64,000 bases of DNA, taken from the NCBI GenBank assembly GCA_964428495.1, contig CAYRXY010000001.1, positions 33,473-97,472 of the forward strand, read 5' to 3'. A model generated the notes under the pieces. That model worked only from the letters and a program-made list of their open reading frames with translations. It searched no databases and had not been told where the DNA came from. Below are positions 53,767 through 63,192 of this stretch, in pieces. The translations under genes and the position numbers were made by a program. The stretch comes from an uncultured archaeon. GTDB taxonomy: Archaea; Aenigmatarchaeota; Aenigmatarchaeia; GW2011-AR5; JAHLMP01. Within the stretch, counting starts at the first letter, position 1. Each line of letters starts with the position of its first letter.

Positions 53767-54909
53767 AAATTCTGATAATCTTTTCTGCTCTTTTATCCAT
53801 TTTAAAAATTCTGATTTCATCTCTATATGTTTCCAATCGATCCTTAGCCGTTTCTTCATTTCATTCAATGCATCTTTTATCGATTCAAATCTTTTAGCAG
53901 GATTGTCGAATGCATGTCTTGCAGTTTCTCTAACAACCCAAACTCCAAGTGGTAGAGTGTATTCTGGAAAACATTCTCTGATCACAAAGGCAGCTGCTTT
54001 TTTTCTTATTTTTGTTAAATATTCAACTATTCCTAATCTTGTCGCATAGTAACCACCAGCTGTTTCCTCAACATATTTATTCCTTCCAAAATGAGTTTCA
54101 AAATCACTAAGTATTTTTGGTTTTTCCCCATGGTTCCAGATACAACCCGGATACTTTACCTCTATTAGTTCGTATGACCATTCGGACGGAATGAGAAGTA
54201 TTTCATAATGGTTTCCAAGATATGTGTTTGAAAACAAGATCGGTTTTTCAATAACATCATAATCTTTTATTTTCTTTAACATATTTCTAGAAATCATTTC
54301 ATCTACTCCAGTGACTGCCCATCGAGTTGGAACCAATTTTCTTTGCGGTTTTAAACCTAACAACCCAGAAGAAAAGATTTGTTCTATTCGAGATACCTTT
54401 ATTCCTCGTTTGTAAAGTATATTTACTCCACTAAATGCATCTAAGTCATAATCATCTACAACTTTCTCTATAGGTCTTGGTATCTTCGGATTACCAACCA
54501 TTCTTATCTTTTTTACAGGTGCAGGATTTGATACTGGTGCTGAATATTTATAAAACTCAACTTTCGGATTTGGCCTACGCTTAAGTTCTACTTCTAATTC
54601 ACAAGGATCTTGTGATTGAACTGCCTCTTGTTGAATCTCTACATACCTGTTAAAGGATTTTACATTTATTTTCTCTCTTGGGTAAACCAATTTTAAACGA
54701 AGTTTAACTATGTCATATATTTTGAGTCCCAAATAATACCACGTTTCTGGATCGTTAATTATTACCTCTTCGGGTGAGGATAAAATACCCGTGAATACAT
54801 TAGGATATCCCATTCTTCCAACGAAGATCGATGGTGATGTCGATCCAACAAACGATTCCTTTAGTTCCATCTTTTTTACAGAATCTAGTATCTTTTCTAA
54901 GTATTCCAT
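53749..54909 (-). CDS. nreA: Nre-family archaeal DNA repair protein
   Basis: 386 aa. The N-terminal SPSIFVGRMGYPNV motif and overall size match the archaeal Nre N- and C-domains as I recall them. Confidence 0.7.
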   Translation of the reverse strand: MEYLEKILDSVKKMELKESFVGSTSPSIFVGRMGYPNVFTGILSSPEEVIINDPETWYYLGLKIYDIVKLRLKLVYPREKINVKSFNRYVEIQQEAVQSQDPCELEVELKRRPNPKVEFYKYSAPVSNPAPVKKIRMVGNPKIPRPIEKVVDDYDLDAFSGVNILYKRGIKVSRIEQIFSSGLLGLKPQRKLVPTRWAVTGVDEMISRNMLKKIKDYDVIEKPILFSNTYLGNHYEILLIPSEWSYELIEVKYPGCIWNHGEKPKILSDFETHFGRNKYVEETAGGYYATRLGIVEYLTKIRKKAAAFVIRECFPEYTLPLGVWVVRETARHAFDNPAKRFESIKDALNEMKKRLRIDWKHIEMKSEFLKWIKEQKRLSEFLKFSE

Positions 54910-55043
54910 GAATTAATTTTCACGATTAACGATATAAGAAAAACTACACTACGAATGTACTACGTTTCCTTATTAACTGAGTCGTAGAAACACAAATTAA
55001 AATTTAAAAAGGTATTGTATCTATATTAGTTTTAGTGATAAAT

Positions 55044-55877
55044 ATGGCAAATATACTAAAGGTAAAGCAATCTGTTATGGATTCGTTAAAGGCAATAGGA
55101 TTGAACCTCTATGAGAGGAAGTTGTGGATAGCGTTACTTTCTAAGGGTACTGCAACTGCCGGAGAACTCGCGGATCTAAGCAATGTACCGAGATCTAGAT
55201 GTTATGATGTTTTAGAATCATTAGCCGATAAAGGTTTTGTTATAATTCAACCTGCTAAGCCAATGAGATATGTGGCTGTTAAACCAAAAGAAGCGATAGA
55301 AAGGGCAAAGGCAAGATTAAAACAAAAGACCGAAGAAATATTAGAAAGATTAGATAGATTAAAAAATAGTGAAGTAATGAAAGATCTCGAGTCAATCTAC
55401 TCAGAATCTATAAAGGTTGTAAAGCCAGAGGATCTATCCGGTGCATTAAGAGGTAGGGATGCTTTAATGGAACAGGTAGGTACTTTGTTAAGTAATGCTA
55501 AAAAATCTGTAGTTGCTATAACTACAGAGCAGGGTTTTCAAGACTTTTATGAAAGGTATGACAAGATGTTGAAGAGGGCATCAAATAAGGGGGTTAAGAT
55601 AAAGATTGCAGTCCCTGTTTCAAAGAAAATTCAACCAACAGTTAAGGAACTCGCAAAAATAGCTGAAATAAGAGACATAAGCAATGTCCAGTCAGTTGGT
55701 AAGAACCCGACAAGATTCTTTGCAATAGACGGAAAGCATTTTGTAATGTCATTAACAAATGATGAAAAGACAAAGCCCCATGAGGATATAGGATTCTGGG
55801 CACAATCGGATCATGTAGCAGGAGAATTCTTTGATTCAGTGTTTAAGCTTCTTTGGACTCAGGGAAAGAAAATCTAA
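55044..55877 (+). CDS. trmB: TrmB-family transcriptional regulator
   Basis: N-terminal wHTH LYERKLWIALLSKGTATAGELADLSNVPRSRCYDVLESLADKGFV plus a C-terminal effector-like domain. The ATG follows AGTGAT (track start 55035 trimmed). Confidence 0.8.
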   Translation: MANILKVKQSVMDSLKAIGLNLYERKLWIALLSKGTATAGELADLSNVPRSRCYDVLESLADKGFVIIQPAKPMRYVAVKPKEAIERAKARLKQKTEEILERLDRLKNSEVMKDLESIYSESIKVVKPEDLSGALRGRDALMEQVGTLLSNAKKSVVAITTEQGFQDFYERYDKMLKRASNKGVKIKIAVPVSKKIQPTVKELAKIAEIRDISNVQSVGKNPTRFFAIDGKHFVMSLTNDEKTKPHEDIGFWAQSDHVAGEFFDSVFKLLWTQGKKI

Positions 55878-57167
55878 CTTCCCGACCAAATGTGTTGGTT
55901 TAACTTCTTTTATTCTTACATTTACAAATTTTCCAATCATATTTTTATTTAATGGAAATACTACTTGTTTGTATGCATAGTTTCTTCCTATGATATTTCT
56001 CTCCTTGATATTGACTTCATCTATCAAGACTTTTCCCTTCCGGTTACTCCATCTTTTATTTCTTTCGTATGCAATTTCTTCCACGATTTTTGATAGTTCT
56101 CTACTTCTCCTCTTTTTTATTTCTGATTTTACTTGCTTCATTTTATGTGCTTCCGTTCCCGGATGGGAGGAAAATCTAGATACGTTGATCCAATCTGGTT
56201 TTGTTTTTAGAATTAGTTTTTTTGTCTCCTCAAAATCATCTTCTGTTTCTTCTGGAAACCCAACAATTATATCGGTCCATATAGTAACGTCTGGGACTTC
56301 TTCTCTTATTCGTTTTACTATTTTTATAAAGTCTGATGCTCTATATCCCCTTTTCATTAAATTTAGTATCTTATCAGAACCTGATTGAACAGGTATGTGA
56401 ACAAATTTGAATATATTATCCTTCTTTAACTCTTTGATGAATCTTTCTAAGTATACTTTAAGATGGATCGGGTTTAACATTCCGATCCTTATAAAATAAT
56501 TTCCTCTTATCTCATCTGTTATATCTCTAAGGAGATCGGGAAGTTTGTATTCATAGTTAAAATCAAAACCATAAGCAGATACGTCTTGTCCTGTAAGCCA
56601 GAATTCCTTTATACCGTAATTTTTCATTGATTTAATTTCTTGGATTATTTTTGTTGGAGGATATGAAAACAAATCTCCTTTTGCAAGTTTTGTTGCACAA
56701 TATGAACAATTCATTAAACACCCAGAACATACAGGGACAATATCAATAACTTTATTCTCTCTTATCTTAGGTAGTCCCACCTTTATTGATTTTTCTTTTC
56801 CAAGAATTTCGATACGTTCTCCGTCAAGAATTTTTCTTATGAATGTACCTATTTTTGTGATATAGTTTGTTGATATTATATTAGCACTTGGAATGGCCTC
56901 CTTTACAGCTTTGTAATCTATTTCTGGTAGGCAGCCAGTCACTATGAAAATTTTATCTTTCATCTCTTGTTGAGTTCTCTTTAGCTCAAATAGAATCTTA
57001 TTTTTTGTCGTTTGTTTAACTCCACATGTATTGAAGATTACTATTTGAGCTGATTCATAGGAACGGACCATGTAGAAACCTAACTTAGAGAGTATACCAG
57101 CCATTATCTCGCTTTCGGCCTTATTCGCTGCACAACCCCAAGTTTTAATAAAGACATTTTTTTCCAT
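55836..57167 (-). CDS. MiaB-like radical-SAM tRNA methylthiotransferase (archaeal/eukaryotic CDKAL1-type)
   Basis: 443 aa. N-terminal UPF0004 domain (VFIKTWGCAANKAESE), radical-SAM cysteine motif CSGCLMNCSYC, C-terminal TRAM-like segment (GKFVNVRIKEVKPTHLVGKL). Confidence 0.8.
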   Translation of the reverse strand: MEKNVFIKTWGCAANKAESEIMAGILSKLGFYMVRSYESAQIVIFNTCGVKQTTKNKILFELKRTQQEMKDKIFIVTGCLPEIDYKAVKEAIPSANIISTNYITKIGTFIRKILDGERIEILGKEKSIKVGLPKIRENKVIDIVPVCSGCLMNCSYCATKLAKGDLFSYPPTKIIQEIKSMKNYGIKEFWLTGQDVSAYGFDFNYEYKLPDLLRDITDEIRGNYFIRIGMLNPIHLKVYLERFIKELKKDNIFKFVHIPVQSGSDKILNLMKRGYRASDFIKIVKRIREEVPDVTIWTDIIVGFPEETEDDFEETKKLILKTKPDWINVSRFSSHPGTEAHKMKQVKSEIKKRRSRELSKIVEEIAYERNKRWSNRKGKVLIDEVNIKERNIIGRNYAYKQVVFPLNKNMIGKFVNVRIKEVKPTHLVGKLDFLSLSPKKLKH

Positions 57168-57253
57168 GAAGTTCTAATTTCTAAAATAAATTTATAAAGC
57201 GAAGAAATACAACTTTAAAAACATTTCTACATATCTTTATTAAAGTGATAGTT

Positions 57254-57439
57254 ATGGAAAGGCTAACTAGATTTGAAAGAACAAGGATAATCTCTGCTCG
57301 GGCATTGCAACTTGCTGCTGGGGCATCTCCTTTGATAAAGACAGATCTAACAGATCCTGAGGAAATAGCTAAATTAGAGTTTGAAAACGGACTACTTCCA
57401 ATTGAAGTTAAAAGAGAAAAACCAAAAAAGGAATTATAA
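57254..57439 (+). CDS. rpoK: DNA-directed RNA polymerase subunit K (Rpo6)
   Basis: MERLTRFERTRIISARALQLAAGA... is the conserved RpoK/Rpb6 core. The ATG follows AGTGAT (track start 57245 trimmed). Confidence 0.9.
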   Translation: MERLTRFERTRIISARALQLAAGASPLIKTDLTDPEEIAKLEFENGLLPIEVKREKPKKEL

Positions 57440-58552
57440 TTTCAATTTTTTCATTCTAGGATTTTTTGTTTGATTCCAGAGCCTCATTAATTCATTAAGC
57501 TTACATATTCTTATTCCTGCTACACCGAATTTTGCCAAGTCGGACATTAATGATAATCTTGCTACAATCGGAGAGCATGTTTCTTTTGATCTATGTGAAA
57601 CAACCGTTTTGGTATTGTTTTCTTTTGACATTTCAATTATCTTTAGACAATCTGTTACATTTCCAGATTGATTTGGTTTGATCAGAACTGAGTTTATCGA
57701 ACCTCGTCTTACCATCTCAAGCACTCTAGATGGGTGTGTGGCTGTAAGATCATCACCACAGATTAATGCTTTTGTCCTCTTTTTTATTTCTCTGTAACCA
57801 TCTGGATCATTCTCATGAATAGGATCTTCGACGTATAGAAGCTTATACGTTTTTATCAAGTCAATTACATAGTCAATATGCTCTTCTCTACTCCTCTTCT
57901 TATCATGATATACATATTTTCCCTTCTTGAATATATGAGATGCAGCAAAATCAATCCCTACACGAGCTCCATATGACTCTGCGATATTTGTTACAAGATA
58001 TAATGCCTCTTCATTTGTTATGTTGGCCATCCATCCAGATTCGGGATTTAAACCTAGTAACTTACCTTTTCTTTTCAATTTTTCGGAGACTTCTTTCCAT
58101 ATAAGAAAATTCGTTTCAACACTTTCCGGGATGGTTCTATTCATTGGTATTGTTAATATTTCTTGGATTTCTATGAGACTTTTATTGGCTATAGAAAAAC
58201 TACCACCACCTAAGACGTTTCCTAATAATCTAGGAAATTCATTTGTTTTTGGTTTAAATGTAGCATTAAAAAACGCAAGTGATATTGCTGTTGTTACTGA
58301 TGTACCGAGTTTTGATATATTTTTCATTAGTAATTTGTCTAATTTTTCTTGTGTAAAACTTCCTATGAAAATATTTTTTATTTTATTAAAATTTTTTACA
58401 CCTCTTTTTACATCTACTTCTCTTGCTCTAAAGGAACTTTTACTTATTCCATGTGGAGAACTTGCAGAAAATTTTCCATTTATCGTTGCCTCGACAGTCT
58501 TATCTCCAAATGAATTGAAAATGATTTTTAGCTCTATTTTGTTTATCTTCAT
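57434..58552 (-). CDS. eno: Enolase, compact divergent form
   Basis: 372 aa. Enolase motifs are recognisable: IDFAAS (metal Asp), VEDPIHENDPDGY (EDP), CGDDLTATHPSRV (GDDL), VLIKPNQSGNVTD (KxNQ), VSHRSKET (SHRSGET-like). The N-terminal Ser-loop is divergent (SPHGISKSS). Confidence 0.75.
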   Translation of the reverse strand: MKINKIELKIIFNSFGDKTVEATINGKFSASSPHGISKSSFRAREVDVKRGVKNFNKIKNIFIGSFTQEKLDKLLMKNISKLGTSVTTAISLAFFNATFKPKTNEFPRLLGNVLGGGSFSIANKSLIEIQEILTIPMNRTIPESVETNFLIWKEVSEKLKRKGKLLGLNPESGWMANITNEEALYLVTNIAESYGARVGIDFAASHIFKKGKYVYHDKKRSREEHIDYVIDLIKTYKLLYVEDPIHENDPDGYREIKKRTKALICGDDLTATHPSRVLEMVRRGSINSVLIKPNQSGNVTDCLKIIEMSKENNTKTVVSHRSKETCSPIVARLSLMSDLAKFGVAGIRICKLNELMRLWNQTKNPRMKKLKL

Positions 58553-58581
58553 GATTAATAATTGTAAACCTTAAATAAAAA

Positions 58582-59595
58582 TCAACTCCCTAAGAATGAA
58601 CTTATAGAAGATTGAGGAGGGCTTGATATTTTTTTCAATACATTATCTACTCTCTGCTCAGAAAAATCATGTTTATCACAAAGTATTCTTTTTATTTCAG
58701 TCTCGTTTAATTTTCCAAATTTTATTTCTTTTATCTTCTCCACCGGTGGATTTTTAAAGAATTCAAAAATTTCTTTAGCATCTACCTCAAAATCCCATTT
58801 CACATTTTTTAATACCTCGCCTAAGGTCTTGAATTTTTTGACAAGGTCTAACGCCTTCTTAGGACCAATTCCCCTTATCCCACCATGATTGTAGTCGGTT
58901 CCAACAAGAATACCTAAAATTATAAGTTGATCTCTACTAATATCTAAATTCTTTAAGAGAGACTCTAATTTAATCATTTCTGGTTCTATTCTGATTTCTT
59001 TTCCTCGGATTTTTCTCTTTCCAGTTATGTTTAGATTTCTTATCAGAAGTGGGGATCCAAAAAGAAGTGAATCTGCGTCCTGACTTGCTGTGGAATATAC
59101 TAAACCCTCTTTACATAAATATGCACATTGAGCTTCACCCTCCGATTTAGCTTGAACAACTGCCACGCCCATAGCTTCTAATAACTCTTTTCCTTCTTTA
59201 ACCATATCCTCAGTGAGTTCGGATGTTTGTTGTGCATATTTTTTTGCTTCTTCTAGATTTCCTTCCCTTACAGCCTCTTCCCATTTTCTCTTTGCCTCTT
59301 CCTTTATCTCTTTTCTTATGGTTGTTGTCCCATGTTTAAATTTTGGCGGTTCGCCATCAAATACATACACAGGCCTTACTCCGTTTTCAATAAGATTCGC
59401 TGTTCGATAAAATAAACCTGAAAGATGGCTAGTTATCCTTCCTTTTGAGTCCTGGAGAGGTGTCCCGTCGTACTGTCTTATTGAACTTAGAAACTGATAT
59501 ATCCAGTTGAATGCATCAATTGCTATCTTTTTTCCAGTAAGTTGTTTCGTATCTATTTTTTCCTTAGGAAGTAAATCTGAAATCTGAACTCCCAT
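58582..59595 (-). CDS. fen: Flap endonuclease 1
   Basis: 337 aa. MGVQISDLLPKEKI start, XPG-N and XPG-I regions (FDGEPPKFK, SEGEAQCAYL, SQDADSLLFG), C-terminal PIP-box-like QSSISSFL. Confidence 0.9.
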   Translation of the reverse strand: MGVQISDLLPKEKIDTKQLTGKKIAIDAFNWIYQFLSSIRQYDGTPLQDSKGRITSHLSGLFYRTANLIENGVRPVYVFDGEPPKFKHGTTTIRKEIKEEAKRKWEEAVREGNLEEAKKYAQQTSELTEDMVKEGKELLEAMGVAVVQAKSEGEAQCAYLCKEGLVYSTASQDADSLLFGSPLLIRNLNITGKRKIRGKEIRIEPEMIKLESLLKNLDISRDQLIILGILVGTDYNHGGIRGIGPKKALDLVKKFKTLGEVLKNVKWDFEVDAKEIFEFFKNPPVEKIKEIKFGKLNETEIKRILCDKHDFSEQRVDNVLKKISSPPQSSISSFLGS

Positions 59596-59640
59596 ACAAT
59601 TATTTAATCTTTGTAGAATCTATATATACATTGTGATAAG

Positions 59641-61410
59641 ATGAACTATGAGAAACTTGGTTTAAGGGTGGGATTAGAGCTTCATCAACAGCTTAATACA
59701 AAAAAATTATTCTGCAACTGTTCATCAGAGATGAAGGAGAAAAGGCTTATTTATGAGGCCAAAAGAAAACTTAGACCAGTCGTTAGCGAACTTGGGAAAT
59801 TTGATAGAACAGTGCTTTTCGAATTTTTTAAGAATAAGGAATTTATTTATCACGGCTATGAAAATGAGGCTTGTTTAGTTGAGCTTGATGAAGAACCGCC
59901 TCATAGAGTTAATAAAGATGCGTTAGAAATTGCCCTTTCTGTTGCTCTACTTTTGGGTCTAAAAATACCAGAAGAAATATGGGTAATGAGGAAAACAGTT
60001 TTAGATGGATCCGCTATAACTTCCTTTCAAAGAACCGCCTTAATTGGTATAGGTCCCTCTACTTTTCATGCTATAAGAATAGCATCATTATGTTTAGAAG
60101 AGGATGCTGCAAAAGTTGAAAAGAGAGAGGGTCATAAAGTATTTTATTCACTTTCCAGGCTCGGTATTCCTCTTATTGAAATTGCCACTGAGCCTGATAT
60201 AAGGTCTCCACAACAAGCTAAGATATTTGCCGAAGAGCTCGGCCTACTTCTAAGAACATTTAACGTTAAAAGGGGAATCGGTACGGTAAGGCAGGATGTT
60301 AATGTTTCGATAATGGGAGGTGCTCGAGTTGAAATAAAAGGGTGGCAAGAACTTGGTAGTATAGATAAGCTGATAGAAAACGAAGTTCGTAGACAACTTA
60401 GCCTTATAGAAATAAAAAATACTTTGAGAAAATTGAATGCGAAAGTAGACAAACCGATAGAAGTTTCTAAATTCTTGGGAATGAATATCAAAACATTCTT
60501 GATAGTACTAAGAAACTTTAGAACTGTTTGGAACAAGAAAGTGTATGGTGAAAATTACAATAAGACATTGAAAGATGAAATTTTTGAATATGCAACTGTT
60601 TATAACTCGTTTGCTGTAGACGATGAGGAAAGTGAATTGAGGAAAGAGTTTGATATCTTAAAAAATAGATTTAATGGCACTGAAAATGACGTATTTGTAC
60701 TGATCTATGGTGGAGAATATGAAAGAGCAGCTCAATCTATTTATGAAAGATCCAGCTTCTGTCTAAAACGGGTTCCTAAAGAGACAAGAAAACCAAACCC
60801 CGATACAACAACAAGCTTTTCAAGGCCGCTTCCTGGATCTGCGAGGATGTATCCTGAAACGGATCACCCACCAATAAAAATTGATAGAAAACATTTACAA
60901 AATCTAAAGAAAAAACTACCCAAGCCTTTGAATGAACGTAAAAAAGAATTAGAAAATATCATACCAAAGGAAATAGCCTCTCAAATTGTTCGCTCGAGAT
61001 ACTTTATGTTATTTGATGAAGTTGTAAGAGGGTCCAAAAATTCTGAATTTATAAAAGTAGTTGCTATTACCCTCACATCTACTTTAAAGGAACTGAAGCG
61101 TGATGGCCTAGATATTAATAAAATAACACATAAAGATTTGGTAACGATATTTGAGAGTTTTAGAATGAGAGAAATTTCTAAGAAAGCGATACCAAACATA
61201 TTAAAGCTAGTTATAGAGGGAATTGATGTTAGAGATGCGATAAGAAAATTTAAAAAAATAAGTAAATCTGAACTTAGAAAGATTGTGAAAGAAATTTATG
61301 AGAAAAACAAAGATATACCATTCTCTAAACTTCTTGGTCTTGTGATGAGAGAAATCGGCGGGAAAGCTGAGGCTAAGGAAGTTGTAGAGGAATTGAAAAA
61401 GTTAATGTAA
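59641..61410 (+). CDS. gatE: Glutamyl-tRNA(Gln) amidotransferase subunit E
   Basis: 589 aa. LGLRVGLELHQQLNTKKLFCNC, the GatB/E core, and a C-terminal YqeY-like tail. SD GTGAT lies 3 nt upstream. Confidence 0.85.
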   Translation: MNYEKLGLRVGLELHQQLNTKKLFCNCSSEMKEKRLIYEAKRKLRPVVSELGKFDRTVLFEFFKNKEFIYHGYENEACLVELDEEPPHRVNKDALEIALSVALLLGLKIPEEIWVMRKTVLDGSAITSFQRTALIGIGPSTFHAIRIASLCLEEDAAKVEKREGHKVFYSLSRLGIPLIEIATEPDIRSPQQAKIFAEELGLLLRTFNVKRGIGTVRQDVNVSIMGGARVEIKGWQELGSIDKLIENEVRRQLSLIEIKNTLRKLNAKVDKPIEVSKFLGMNIKTFLIVLRNFRTVWNKKVYGENYNKTLKDEIFEYATVYNSFAVDDEESELRKEFDILKNRFNGTENDVFVLIYGGEYERAAQSIYERSSFCLKRVPKETRKPNPDTTTSFSRPLPGSARMYPETDHPPIKIDRKHLQNLKKKLPKPLNERKKELENIIPKEIASQIVRSRYFMLFDEVVRGSKNSEFIKVVAITLTSTLKELKRDGLDINKITHKDLVTIFESFRMREISKKAIPNILKLVIEGIDVRDAIRKFKKISKSELRKIVKEIYEKNKDIPFSKLLGLVMREIGGKAEAKEVVEELKKLM

Positions 61411-61444
61411 AAAGGATTTTATCCTTAGCTGATGTATTCTATTT

Positions 61445-62119
61445 ATGAGAAGATTTTGTATTATCTGTGGAAAGCCAGCAGAGATTGAAAATTTTTGCTG
61501 TGACTGTTGGACAAAAAGACACGATCTCTTTGAAATTGAGGACTTTGAAATTATTGCATGTCATTGTGGATCTTATTATCATAAGGGAGAATGGATAAAA
61601 TTTGATGATCTTGAAGAACTTATTAGAGAGATGATAAAATCTAATATGAAAACAGATAATGAAATAAAGAAGTTAAAGATTTCTCTGAAAAAAATTGGTG
61701 ACACTGTTTACCTTGCTGAAATCGAAGCTTTTGGTTTTGTAAAACCATGTAAGGTTTTAAAGAAAGAAAAAAAGAAAATCAAGGTTAGAATAAGATGGAG
61801 GCTATGTGATAAATGTAAGAAAAAAAGAGCAAATTATTATGAAGCAGTTTTTCAAGTTAGAGATGTTGATATTCCTGATGAGTTTGTTGAAACTATCAAT
61901 GAATATACAAGTAAAATAGAGGAAAAAAGAAGTGGTGTCGACATATATCTCATTGATAAAAAAATTGCAAGAAATATAGTAACGCAACTTAGACAAATGG
62001 GATTCAAAATTAAAGCTACGTATGAGCTTGCTGGAGTTAAAAAAGGTAAAAAACTATATAGAAATATCTATTTAATAGCAAAGTGTGAGAAAAATGGAAG
62101 AAATAGTAGAAAGAGTTAA
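61445..62119 (+). CDS. NMD3-family protein (short archaeal form)
   Basis: 224 aa. N-terminal CxxC pairs (CIICGK...CCDCW; CHCGSYYHKGEW; LCDKCKKK) followed by YYEAVFQVR, as in the NMD3 N-terminal domain. Confidence 0.6.
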   Translation: MRRFCIICGKPAEIENFCCDCWTKRHDLFEIEDFEIIACHCGSYYHKGEWIKFDDLEELIREMIKSNMKTDNEIKKLKISLKKIGDTVYLAEIEAFGFVKPCKVLKKEKKKIKVRIRWRLCDKCKKKRANYYEAVFQVRDVDIPDEFVETINEYTSKIEEKRSGVDIYLIDKKIARNIVTQLRQMGFKIKATYELAGVKKGKKLYRNIYLIAKCEKNGRNSRKS

Positions 62120-62378
62120 GATACCTAAAGGAAACCAGACGTTTGGTCTTGTTGAATCTAAGTTAGGTGGTAATAAGTTTAGGGTTACTTGCCAAGATGG
62201 TAAATCTAGAATATGTAGAGTACCTGGTAGACTACGTAGGAGATTATGGTTGAATCCTGGCAATATTGTTATAGTTGAACCTTGGGAGATTCAAGGAGAC
62301 GAAAAAGGTGATATTATCCATAAATATTCTAATGCTCAAATAGAGTGGCTTAGAAAGAAAGGATACTTAAACCTGTGA
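62094..62378 (+). CDS. eif1a: Translation initiation factor 1A (aIF-1A)
   Basis: S1-like OB fold: GNQTFGLVESKLGGNKFRVTCQDGKSRICRVPGRLRRRLWLNPGNIVIVEPW. The ATG follows GTGAGAAAA (track start 62085 is the GTG). Overlaps the NMD3 gene end. Confidence 0.9.
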   Translation: MEEIVERVKIPKGNQTFGLVESKLGGNKFRVTCQDGKSRICRVPGRLRRRLWLNPGNIVIVEPWEIQGDEKGDIIHKYSNAQIEWLRKKGYLNL

Positions 62379-62383
62379 TTTAA

Positions 62384-62860
62384 ATGATAAAAAAACTTAG
62401 AATCCCTAAAGTTAGGGTAAAAATCCTTGAAGAAACAAAAAAGAGGATTGATGAGCTTGCCAACGTTTCTATTAAAATAGATGATGGAGAAGTTACGATC
62501 ACGGGAGATTCTTTAAATGTTTACATAGCAGAAAGGGTTGTAAAAGCTATTGGAAGGGGATTTAAAGATGATGCCTTTTTACTTCTAGATGAGAATTATG
62601 TTCTGTACGTGATACCAATATCTAAGAATAAAAATACACTTGTCAGGATGAGAGGGAGATTGATAGGTACTCATGGTAAAATAAAAGAAAGAATAGAAAA
62701 AATGACAAATACAAAGATTTCTATCTATGGAAAAACAGTTTCAATAATAGGAAAAGGTGATGATGTTGAAAGAGCAAGACACGCAGTTCAAATGATATTG
62801 GATGGAAGAAAACATGCTACTGTTTTTGTGTTTCTTGAAAAAACAAAGAGAGTTATATGA
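62384..62860 (+). CDS. KH-domain RNA-binding protein (Dim2/Pno1-like)
   Basis: 158 aa. Two KH-like units (VVKAIGRGF..., LIGTHGKIKERIEKMTNTKISIYGKTVSIIG). In the usual archaeal position next to aIF-1A. Confidence 0.65.
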   Translation: MIKKLRIPKVRVKILEETKKRIDELANVSIKIDDGEVTITGDSLNVYIAERVVKAIGRGFKDDAFLLLDENYVLYVIPISKNKNTLVRMRGRLIGTHGKIKERIEKMTNTKISIYGKTVSIIGKGDDVERARHAVQMILDGRKHATVFVFLEKTKRVI

Positions 62861-62899
62861 TCTTTAATATTTTTTTATTGATATGAATTATGTGGTTTC

Positions 62900-63187
62900 A
62901 TGACAGAAAAAGATGCTAAAAAAATTTTAGAGGGTCTGACACATCCAGAAATTGATGTAAATCTAGTGGAGCTTGGGATAGTAAAAGATATTAAGCAAGA
63001 CGAAAATAAAGTAACAGTTACGATAGCTTTTCCGTTTCCGATGGTTCCTATAAGAGGCATGATAATAGAAAGTGTTAGGAAAGCCTTGGAAGATAATGGT
63101 TTTGAAGTTACTATTCAAGAAACTGTAATGACTCCAGAGGAGAGGGAACGATTTTTTAAGCTCGAACGAGAAAAGTGGAAATTCTGA
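62900..63187 (+). CDS. DUF59 / MIP18-family Fe-S assembly protein
   Basis: 95 aa. LEGLTHPEIDVNLVELGIVKDI is the typical DUF59 N-terminal motif. Confidence 0.75.
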   Translation: MTEKDAKKILEGLTHPEIDVNLVELGIVKDIKQDENKVTVTIAFPFPMVPIRGMIIESVRKALEDNGFEVTIQETVMTPEERERFFKLEREKWKF

Positions 63188-63192
63188 TTGGT

